From: Psammoneis japonica
Taxonomy: Eukaryota
Direction: 5' to 3'
Assembly (NCBI GenBank): GCA_008632985.1
Contig: QPGO01000008.1
Location: 124,001 to 165,896 of the forward strand
DNA: 41,896 bases
Made by a program: the position numbers and the translations under genes. Under the pieces are notes generated by a model, which ran no database searches, was not told the origin of the DNA, and saw nothing but the letters and a program-made list of their open reading frames with translations. Shown piece by piece: positions 1-9,660 of the stretch (within the stretch, counting starts at the first letter, position 1; each line of letters starts with the position of its first letter).

Positions 1-322
1 TGAGGCGGCAGGCAAGGAGCTCGTCATGTGTGAACAAAGAGGAGTCGTTGGCAACGTCAAGACCTTTGTGTGCTTTGACAATGCACAGACTGACTGGTGC
101 TGCTAACATGTTCTCACAACCACGGGGCAAAGGGATTGCATCAGTGCCGTTGTCGCACTCAAGCGAGTCGATTTGGGACGGCATGAACGTGAACAGTTCC
201 TGACATGAGTCCGTGCCGTCTTGGGCCAAAGCCAAACGAAGAGGACTCCCAGCACCTTGGGCAAGCACGGTTCCAACCACGTGCTTGAAACCATCGGTTT
301 GTTGCTGACGAGTGAGAACCAT
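1..322 (-). CDS. N-terminus of copia gag-pol (partial, open to window edge, TpA-mutated)
   Basis: Manual translation: MVLTRQQQTDGFKHVVGTVLAQGAGSPLRLALAQDGTDSCQELFTFMPSQIDSLECDNGTDAIPLPRGCENML..., 107 codons without a stop. Resembles diatom CoDi gag N-termini (F.HV...VL....SPL..AL...IDxLxY). Not in the supplied ORF track. Confidence 0.75.
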   Translation of the reverse strand, partial: MVLTRQQQTDGFKHVVGTVLAQGAGSPLRLALAQDGTDSCQELFTFMPSQIDSLECDNGTDAIPLPRGCENMLAAPVSLCIVKAHKGLDVANDSSLFTHDELLACRL

Positions 323-900
323 GGCAGACAAAAATGGTGTCAGGACAATCAATTCTGGTTGGGAAGCGAAGGCAGACTCGAAACTTGGGTGAGAGTGGAC
401 TTGACTTGAAATGGACTTGACTTGAAATCTTGAACTATCTTAAAATCAGAAGTCGCCGGGCTTTGTTATCCCGTTCGTTGTCAAGTGCTAAACTTCCCAT
501 CCGGTCCGCCAGAGTTGTGCCGGCACGTCCGAACCCGCAGCCAGCGGCGCTTTGGGTTGCTTGCGAGCGGAGCAGCGGGTTGCAAACCCCTGCAGGCAAG
601 CTGACCAGAGGTGGACAAGACCCCCGAACCGTTCTTATTTTATGTCGGTTGGATTTCCCGATTGGGCTGGCCAGTTGACGCAGGCGCCAGGCACTGTGGA
701 CGAACGAACAAACGCGGGAAAGCACCCTCGCCCCAACGCAGGCTGCAATCACGGCTGCTTGCTCTCACAGTCATCCTCGTGGACCTAGTAGAACTGTAGA
801 GCACCAGCAGTCCGGGGTAGATCAGGTGCAATGGACTCGGTGTGCTTGTAGAGTGGTGGCAAAACCGCAGTCCGAAGAGTGGGTACAGGTTCTTGGCCGT

Positions 901-928
901 GAAGACATGTATATATATATATGTCTTC
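901..928. repeat. (AT)n-centred near-perfect palindrome in the retrotransposon leader
   Basis: GAAGACATGTATATATATATATGTCTTC. Confidence 0.85.
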
Positions 929-1250
929 AGCGACGAAGATCCTTGAATATGTAGGGTTCTTGACCGTTAACCGATGAACAGGTATATCAAGGGATGAGGA
1001 TCAAGGATAGGCTTGGATATGACCGTTGAATGTATGTCTTCAGCGATCAAAGGTAGTATAATCAATCCAGATATCCAGCGGTAAGGAGACTTGACGGTGA
1101 CGTTAACTTCCTGCCGATGCCCTGGTATTGAATGCGCGTAGACTTGCCGATGTATGTAGAATATATACGGAGGTCCACGTAGAATTAAAAATAGCGTCGT
1201 TGGTAAATCAACGACGACGATGGCGGTTGCTCAATGGGTTGACAATGAGC

Positions 1251-1263
1251 AAGACTGCTAATC
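1251..1263 (-). promoter_or_regulatory. Putative primer-binding site complementary to the tRNA-Ser(GCU) anticodon arm
   Basis: Minus strand reads GATTAGCAGTCTT directly after the LTR's terminal CA. The plus strand GACTGCTAATC equals the canonical Ser-GCU anticodon stem-loop. Confidence 0.65.
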
Positions 1264-1539
1264 TGACAGAAAATGAAGGCAAATGGCAAGAATTCAAACA
1301 ATAACTCCTTACTGCTGTCTAAATAGCAGATGAGTCTCCGCTCAGAGACCGTTACAGGAGCCGAAAGACGTGTGAGTCGGTATAATCGGGCTACTGTTAT
1401 TATTCTTGTGAGCCTTGTGGCTCGAAAGCAAACTACATCGCGCGTGAACGCGCGGAACTAAAGCACACAAAACTGTGCACGGTAAACTAAACAGCGCGCG
1501 ATACTTCGCGCGCACCTAAATCCTGTTCAAATCCTGTCA
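1264..1539 (-). repeat. 5' LTR (276 bp)
   Basis: Begins TGACAG and ends CTGTCA (6-bp terminal inverted repeat). Its outer end coincides with the junction to an older decayed element. The second LTR is outside the window. Confidence 0.7.
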
Positions 1540-3560
1540 GTGTGCTTGCAACAGCAATGCTTTGGCTTCCAAATTTGGCCGCACTTGATTTTGAGTGGCT
1601 CACAACAGCTCCCAAGCTTTGGGTCATTTCTCCTTGGTGTTCTCAAGATTCTTGCTGAGAGCTTGTTCTTGCTGCTTCAACTCAGCTGCGTGATTCAACT
1701 GGAGCTCTCTTGCTTCAACAAGCCTTTGGTGTTGAATTGAATTTCCCTGATCAATCTCCTGAACGTCTGCCACAAGGTTCTCCCATGCTTTTTTTGTTGT
1801 CCCAAGAATGATGTGCAGTGATGCAAGAAGCACCCTGTCAAAATCAACCAGAGTTGGAGGTCGGTTGATCACTGATCCATTTGTCTCAGCAGCTTGCTTC
1901 TGCTTCTTCTTGGTGTTGTGCTTTTGGATGTTGTTGAGTTGTTGCTTTGCCTCAGCTGCCATTTGCAGCTTCATTCCCAAATTCATGTGTCCTTCAATCT
2001 GAGCTGCAAAGCTCTCAGTGAAATGTTGCAGAGAAAGCAGGGAAAGAATGCACTGCAACCCTGTGAACCAAGGGCGATGTTGAGAAATTGAACATTGCCA
2101 CCAAGAACTGTGTGGAGCTCACATGTTTCAAGACTGAGTTCCTCCATGTTTTTCACATTTGACTCTTTCTCAAAAGGTGACATCCAGTGCAGCATTGCAC
2201 GCTTGTTCTTTGTTGACAAATTGAGCAGTGTCTTGTTGTGTCTTCCATGCTGAAAGAGAGTGGCTTGCAAGCACACTCAGAACACACTTTCCCTGGCACC
2301 TTGTCTGTCCTTGCAGAACCTTTGTGCAACTTTTTTGCTTTCACAAATGTTTTCATCGTGGCAACATGGTGATGTGTCATTTGTTTTCATGTGCCCTTCA
2401 CCACTTTTTGGATTTGCATCCACTTGCTTCCATGCCCACCTGTGCTTGGACTCAATTTCACTGTGCCTTTCTTGCCCGACTGCTCCTCCAGAATTTTCAT
2501 CATTTTGTGTCCCATGTGCTTGAGCACTTTGACGTTGCCTGCACTTTTGAGGTCACTGGCATCAAATGGCTGGCAACACTCCTTTGCAGTGCTGAGGATT
2601 CCTTCCGCATCTTCTTGTGGATCTTGGTCACCAGCTGTGGCATCTGTTGTGGCACGAGGGGTGACAGTTGCAGCAGTTGCTTTGAGGGCAGTGGCGGGCA
2701 TTGCTGCAAATGAAGCACTGGCAGGAGCAGGAGCATTGGGAGCAGTGACGGGAGTTGGGGCAGTGGCAGGAGCAGCAGAGTCAGGAGTGCAACTCGCAAC
2801 ACCTGTCAGCTTGTCATCCTTGAGATGGGCCAGGGCAGGCATGGGCTGAGGGAAGGGCGCGCACAATTTCTTTTCCTCCATGACCAAGGTTTTGACTTCT
2901 CAAGCTTCCTTTGTGCAACCAGCTCTGTGAGTTGCATCTGTCAGCAAATTCATGAAGGCAAGATCTTCCTTCACAATGGGAGCACTTCCTGGTGTTTCTG
3001 CAGTGTCTCCACAATCAGAGAAGTTGTGTGCCAGTGACGCCGTCACACAGTGCACATTCCCAAGCGGGAGTCGACAACATGAGTTGAAAGGACACTTGTG
3101 CTTGTCAATTTTTGAGAGCCATGCCTTCTTGCACATCCACTCAAAGTTGACCACAGAAATGCCCAACTGCCAAAAGAATGTCTTCTCTCCTTCTTCTTGA
3201 CACTTGGTGTTGGAAGCCAGCCACCATCTTTTTGCCCAGAACAAATGCATGAAGCAGGTCTGGGTCTTGCGCACAACATGCCAGTGTGCATGCAGGTGAT
3301 TTTTGATGTCTTGTTCAGTCAATGTCTCCCTTTCACTCTGCAAGTGGCAAGTGCAGCAATGTTTCAGCACAACATGTTTTGGACACATTGGTCAACAATG
3401 AGGTCAAAGCAACACATTGTCAGTTTTGATGCAAGAACACAAGCAACAACATTTTTGCCAACAAACGGCGACTTGCATTTTTTGTTCAGTTGCTTTTGCA
3501 CATTTTTTGCACTTGGCCTGTTGGAGGCAGATCTGAAATTTCATCCCAAAAAAAGAAGAA
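1540..3560 (-). pseudogene. Decayed Transib/RAG1-like (CMC-type) DDE transposase, interrupted by the copia insertion
   Basis: ORFs 3388-2900, 2887-2387 and 2380-2153 are one frame broken by TGA. Downstream motifs GGNVQFLNIALGSQGCSAFFPCFLC (D....LG.....+PC..C) and LVDFDRVLLASLHIILG (LH..LG). Confidence 0.6.
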
Positions 3561-4149
3561 AGGAGGCATTTTTCAGTGCTGCCACAGTGGAGTCTGCATG
3601 GAGATGACGTCACAGTGCAAAACACCATTTCCATGCTGCGGTGTGTGCTCTGCAAGCACGTCGTGGGCTGGGGGGTTGGGCCGGGGGCAAGAGAGTGCAG
3701 GGGGGAGCTTGCAAGCAGGGGCAGAAGGGAGGGCCAGGTGCAGGAGAGGCTTCAAAGGGGGGGGGGGGGGGGGCAAGGGACACAAGAGAGGATGGAGGAG
3801 GAGGATCAAGTGGTCAGAGGGCAGCATTGCTGCAGTGTTTGAACACCTTGGGAAGTCACTGGGGCTGGTGTGAGGTGGCTCACACATGTGCAAGCAAGTC
3901 ACTTGTGCTTCTGGCAGTGGGGCTGGGTGAGCTCCATGATGAGGAAGGGGACAGCAGAGGCAGAGGCAGCAACAGAGTGGCACCCTGTGCTGCCTGCAGA
4001 TGCTGGGAGGTGGAGGAGGAGGGGGGCATGGCAAAATGGGTTGACACTCCCCCTTCCCCTTCCAACATGATGTTCGATGCCAGCACTGAAGTGCCTTCCT
4101 GCAACACCTCACCCAGTCTGGGTTAAAGTCAAAACACATGTCTGAAACC

Positions 4150-4860
4150 AGCAGGGGCAGGATGGAGAGAAGGCAGCACAGGAGCAGCAGAGGGAGCTCT
4201 TGGTTCATGCGCCACCCCAGGTGAGAGGAAAAGCAGTCAAGGTTGGTGCAGAAGGTTGTTGCTTTCTGAGCAAGGAAGGTGTCAAGGAAGGATGCAGCTT
4301 GGCAGAGGAGGGTGGCAGCACTGACTTGAGGCGGGTTGGGTGAGGGGCTGGCACCTGTGATGGATGCAAGGATGCAAGTTTGGGAGCAGCTCAGATGGAC
4401 ACTGTGTGGCCAGTTGATGGCAAAGCAATGCTGGCAGCAGAGGGAGTCTGGAACTTCTTGGTTGCTTGAGGACAATGCTGGGGACAAGAAGGGTGGAGAA
4501 ACAGGAAGGGGGCAATGAGCAGCCTTCAGAAAAACATTCAGGCTTGGGGAAGGACTGCCAAGAACTCACAGGGTTGTGTCGCCACAAGGCATTGGGGGCA
4601 TCACAGCACAAGATGAAGATGGGGAGGAGGCACCTGAGTCAGGGGGCAAGTGCTTCTCAGCGCATGTCCCAAGAGCATTCTCACCAAAAAAATTTTGAGG
4701 TCAAGGGTGGGGTCAACACGAGCAGGAACATCTTTGTTGAGGCATCACTTGACACTGGCAAGTGCAATGTGGACAAGGCAGTTGGGGCTGCCTTTGATGC
4801 CAGCACCAAATTGTTCATCAGGGATGAGGCATTGAGTGAGGGCAGAGGTGCTGTGGCACT
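4150..4860 (-). pseudogene. Decayed non-LTR retrotransposon reverse transcriptase fragment (CRE/Ambal-like)
   Basis: Manual translation QFGAGIKGSPNCLVHIALASVK*CLNKDVPARVDPTLDLK (about 4813-4695), then SWQSFPKPECFSEGCSLPP, corresponding to the RT G..QG.PLSP motif. The YxDD segment was not found. Confidence 0.6.
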
Positions 4861-5859
4861 TGGCTGAGCCGCATTGTCAAAAAAATGTTGGGAGCACACA
4901 CAGCACATTGTGTTGTCATGCACCCTTGCTTCATGTTTCCACATCACCATTTGGAGCACTGTGTCACACCCGCTCTCCATGATGAGTCTGCACATCATCA
5001 ACAGCTTGCCACTGTGCACACTTTGCACACCTGGGTTGCAACGCAGATGATGTGCCAGGGTCACACACAGGCAGTGAGTTCAGCCACAGTGTCCAAAAAA
5101 TGACATGACCCTCTCCAAGGCAGTCAATGCAAAACACACCAGAGGCGTGCCAATCACATGATGGTTGGTTGTGTTGCCCCATCAATGCCACCACAGCCTT
5201 GTGCCACCCAACCGATGTTTTGTCAAGCTCAACACAGAAGTGTGCCATGCCCCCATTGAAGTTGTTTCACTCAATTTTGTCCAAGAGTGAATGAGTGCCA
5301 AATTTTCACTTTGTCAGTCATCACCAACACACACACACACCCTTGAGCATCATGTGGTTGTGCGTTCTGCTCATTTCACCTCATGAGTTGCAACAATGTG
5401 GAAACACAGTGTGTGTCTCTTTTTGTTGCTTCCTTGCAGCTTCATTGTCTTTCTTGCAGCTGAGCTGCCACTTTGGCATCAGTTGCAATGAAAACTTTTG
5501 GGCATTTGCAAGAAATGCACTCATGCTCAAACTCTGCTTTTGCTCCTTGCTGCACAGGTTTTCAGCTCAAACAATGTGGCAGCACTGCTTGTTTGTGACT
5601 GCTCAGGATGTGGCTGAACTGCGGTGCTCTGAGATTCAAAACCAACGTGCAGGAGCCCAGCCAGGTTCTCATTTTTGTTGGGCATCATTTTTTGTGTTTT
5701 TCCAAGATTTTGAGATCAGGTGGCATGCACGTGCCCATTTTTGTGTGAACAATGAGATTCTTTTGAAAATGACCCGTGACACAAAACGCATGAATTGCTT
5801 TGGGATGTCCTCAGAATCTGCACCTTTTTGCACCAAAATTGTTGTCTTCTCAAAACTTG

Positions 5860-5963
5860 TGCAAAAAAGCACTTGACTGCTGCCAGATCAGGTGCATTTC
5901 TGCAAACAGCTGTGTTGTTCTAAAGTGCACCTGACCAGTTTGCAGTCAAGTCCATTTTTTGCA
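5860..5963. repeat. Imperfect inverted repeat / hairpin
   Basis: TGCAAAAAAGCACTTGACTGC..TCAGGTGCATTT pairs with AAAGTGCACCTGA..GCAGTCAAGTCCATTTTTTGCA. Confidence 0.75.
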
Positions 5964-6489
5964 GAATTGACAATTCAATGTTTTTCTTGGTGCAGATCCA
6001 CGCAGTTTCTGCACATTTGCCAACAACAACTCCACAGCTTGAAAGATTGCCATTGACGAAAATTTTGTGATGCATTCATTGCAATGGGGATGGCTGGCAT
6101 CACTCTGCAGAAATTTCTTTGTTGATTTTTTCTGCAGCTGCTGGCTGGCAGCATGACGGGGCAAAAAATTTGCGTTGCTGCCATGTGCTGGCAAGGGGTG
6201 GTGGGACAATGCCGCTGCAATTTTCCAGCTAAAAAAACAAACAAATCTGCAGTGCAACAACCAATGCACAAAATCACATGGCATTGCTCCTCCTCCTGCC
6301 ATGATGTGACCAACTCATTTGCAGGTGAAGCATGGCAAAATGAGCGCATTGCTGCACATGTTGGGCAACTGTTTGGATGTGCTCCATTGCAAAAGATGTG
6401 CAAACCTGCAATGTGATGTGTTCTTGGCTGCATGCTTGATTTGAACATTGTCAAAGTGTTGTTGTGTCCTGCCACATTTTGGCTCTTGC

Positions 6490-9137
6490 ACGCACGGAGC
6501 ATCAAACACATGAGCAACACAACCGTCAACCCTCCTTGGCTTGTCAAATTCTGGCAGTGCAATGTCACTCAGAGCCACCCAGTGACCCGACTGGAAAGGA
6601 CCTGCTGCGGTTTGAAAAGCTCACACTCCACATTCATCAACGGATGGTGTGGCCCCACGAGGTAAAACTCGAGAAGATGTCACAGTGTGAGAGCCACCAG
6701 AATCAAATGGTGCACTCATCACACAATTCAACTCATGACATTGGATTGATTTGGCAACCAGCAGCGCAGATGGGACCAGCGTGGCATGCGAAACTTGCAA
6801 ACCCATTGTGGGGAGAGGAGTGTTGTGTTCAAATGCATCTTGATTGAATGCACCCCCCTCTTCATTCATGCAATTTTCTGCAGCATCTTCAAATTCAACA
6901 GGCAACAATTCATCAGGATTTTCAAAACAATCAAAGGCAAAACTTTCAGGCACATTTTCAGGCATGGCACAATCATTTTCAACAAGTGCTTCACATGCAG
7001 GCAATTGAGATCATTCAGCTCCAGAGCACTGAGCTTCTTCTTCTCAGAACTGCCAAGAAAACTGCCCATCTGGCTGAAACCTCACCACACCTCCACAACG
7101 TGGAGGGCCTCATCCGACCATGTCTGAATGGTGCACATCACCACAAGGAGCTTCTCAAGCCTGGTTGTTGTTCACATGTTGTCTGCTTGAGCAGCACAAC
7201 CATCGGCCTGACCTTGACCACCACAGTTGTTGTCATCATTGCAACTGTGCTGGCCACCACCTTGGTTGCCATTGTTGTTCTGATTTCCATTGTTGTTGTT
7301 GTCACAATTGTTGCAACAGGTGCCATGACCTCCTTGGTTTTGGTTGCCATGACCACCAAAGTGTCCACCACCATCACGGCCAGGACCCTGGCCTCCTCAG
7401 AAGCGACCTCTGCCTCAACCTCCACTGCCACGACCACCACCTCAACCACCACAGATTTGAGGTCCACGACAGTCAGGGTCATTTGGATCATCACAGCACT
7501 GGCCCCATGTGTGTCTTCAATGATGCCACAGAACCGGGCATGGATCACTGGCCTTGGGTTGACCCTTGTTGGCCTTCTTGTCTCAGTTGCCTTTCTTGTC
7601 ACTGGAGTTCCCTCCATTGCTGTTGTTGGACTTGCATTTCTTGCTGTCTTGACCATCAGCAAACACTTTCTTGGTGCTCACATGCAGGCTTGAATGTCCG
7701 CCATGGAATCTGCAACAAGGCTCTTGCCCACACGAATTGGGGCTGCTGCCAGGTGAAGGGAAAGGTGCGGAAGACAATGTTTTTCTGCTCCTGCTCTGTG
7801 AGTTCAGGAACAGTTCCAGGCAAGCAGTTGGCACAACCAAATGAAGTTTCCGTGCGATCAACGTGAGTTTCAGATTCTGCCAAGTGAGGTTTTTTGCAAC
7901 AAGGCAAATGAATCTTCACGGCATGTCACGAGCTGTTGGCTTCACATGGTGTGAACAGCAGGCCGCAACAGCTTGATTAAACCGAGCCACCATCCTCTGA
8001 TTCTGTTGGATGCCCGCCATGATGTTCTGCCGTTTTGCCTCTGCAGCACCTTGCAGGCGATCCTCAAAAGCATCAAAGAGTTCCAGACGCTTTCCAGCTC
8101 TGGGTGGGACCTCGTGCTGCTGAACTGTGGCACAATTGTTTTTTGTCATCCGTTGCATGTTTCGCATGTGCATTTCTGCGTGTTCTGTTATAAAATCATG
8201 TTCCACACTGCCTGTTTTGCAAAGCCAAAGGCTTTCTGTTGTCCACATCATTTGTGACAACAAAAATGCGCTGGGCATGTTCTTTGATGTCTGAAGAACA
8301 CACCCGGGTGCACTGAAAAGAATGCACTTCAAGTGTGGGGGAGAAGATGCATTCGCAAAATTGCCTCTTTTTCTGTTGGCGATCATTCACACATCCATTG
8401 CTTGACAATTTTGCTGCGGAGCTCGCACGTGGACGGGCCCAATGTCACAAAAAGTCCCACCTGGGACTGGAGCCCGTCTCCATTCTGATGGCGCCACAGC
8501 CCAGCCGTCTTGCCACCTTCCAAAAACGGTCCTCCATGTGCAACAGCGATTCAACTCCATGTTCTCCTGTGAAAATGGGACACATTTTTGAGAGAGTTTG
8601 GTTCCATCATCAAAGGTTTGAGTGAGCTTCACTTTTTGCAATTCAGAGTCCACAAATTTGGTTTCACGCTCAATGCGCACTTTCTCCAAACCTTCTTGAT
8701 GCATGATGATGAACAACCTCAGCAATCAAAGAATCAACAATCCACAAAACAAGTGAAACAAGGTGTTCCCAATTGGTCCACACAAGAACAAGAACAATCA
8801 ACAGCCAAACAACAACAAATTCGAGTGTGGCAACACAAGCTTCAAGTTCAAACAAGCACTGCTCCAAATCGCCAATTTCACAAGTGCAGCTGGGCTGAGG
8901 TTCCGATTGACCTCCAATGAAATTTTCTGCACACGAGCACACAGACAACATTTCTCTCTTTTCAACAGCACTCTGCGCGTTGTCATGAAACAGATGACAC
9001 AATGAACAATGAGCAAGCCATGACAACGACTGCAGTTGCAGTGCAAGATCTGGCTTGAGATGACTTGACAAAACAGGTTGTGAGAGAACCAAGAAGGGAA
9101 CCGATCAGCGCAGTCGCTGATCAAAACTGACTTCTAA
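6490..9137 (-). mobile_element. Truncated Ty3/Gypsy LTR retrotransposon (gag plus aspartic protease), decayed
   Basis: gag from ATG 8704 (MHQEGLEKVRIERETKF...), LPGTVPELTEQEQKNIVFRTFP, CP...HTWGQC knuckle and RGG/N-rich tail. Protease FDSGGSHT at about 6700 and LPEFDK..VDGCVAHVFDAPC at about 6560-6495, after which homology stops. Confidence 0.75.
8086..8478. mobile_element. 393-bp MITE with about 25-bp imperfect TIRs and a 4-bp TSD, inserted in the Gypsy gag
   Basis: TCCA|GACGCTTTCCAGCTCTGGGTGGGAC ... GTCCCACCTGGGACTGGAGCCCGTC|TCCA. Removing it restores the gag frame (GAIRM-ELFDAFEDRLQG). Confidence 0.8.
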
Positions 9138-9170
9138 CAGCCTCTTGAATGTCCAATGCATCAGTTTTAA

Positions 9171-9660
9171 GGTGGTGCGGGTGCAAAAGTGGGCCAGATT
9201 CTACGCACGCAGAGCTTAGCATGTTTTCTACACAAATCGCCAAAGTCGGCTCGCCAACTTGATTCCTCTCCAGGACGATGGAAACTGGGACATTTCACAT
9301 GACAAAGTGTTTTGACCACTTGATTGCACTCCCCTCGACTTGCTCATGAAGAGAAGTTACAAGTTTCCACAGGTTTCTTGTTTTGCACAGCTCTTTGAAA
9401 CTCGAACGTCTTGATTTTGGCACCTTTCTGATTAGATTCGTTGCACATCCTCAGAAACCTGTGAAAACTTGTAACTTCTCTCCCCAAACAAGTCAAGGAG
9501 AGTGCAGTTGAGCAGTCAAAACACTTTGTCATGTGAAATGTCCAAGTTTCCATCGTCCGGGAGAGGGTTCAAGTTGGCGAGCCGACTTTGGCGATTTGTG
9601 TGGAAAACATGCTAAGCTCTGCGTGCGCAGAATCTGGCCCACTTTTGCACCCGCACCACC
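9171..9660. mobile_element. 490-bp MITE with about 210-bp TIRs, Kolobok-like (TTAA target, GG..CC termini)
   Basis: 9171-~9378 is the reverse complement of ~9453-9660. Flanks are TTAA (9167-9170) and TTGA (9661-9664). Confidence 0.9.

Larger units (their letters stand above)
1..1539 (-). mobile_element. 5' part of a Ty1/copia (diatom CoDi-like) LTR retrotransposon: LTR, PBS, long 5' leader and gag start; runs off the left edge
   Basis: TG...CA-bounded LTR at 1539-1264, immediately followed by a tRNA-complementary site, about 940 bp of leader, then an ATG at 322 opening a CoDi-like gag. Composition switches abruptly at 1539/1540. Confidence 0.8.

Noticed and set aside
435..831. Short ORFs in the copia leader
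   Set aside because: No recognisable motifs; they overlap in several frames in GC-rich leader sequence.
1251..1263. tRNA-Ser gene
   Set aside because: Only the anticodon arm matches; there is no D arm, T arm or acceptor stem.
6848..7866. His/Cys-rich or hydrophobic plus-strand proteins (281 aa, 248 aa)
   Set aside because: Antisense to the low-complexity Gly/Asn-rich tail of the Gypsy gag.
1540..9170. Classical fungal RIP or plain CpG methylation decay as the full explanation
   Set aside because: RIP increases TpA and AT content, and CpG decay does not remove TpA. Here TpA is rarer than CpG.
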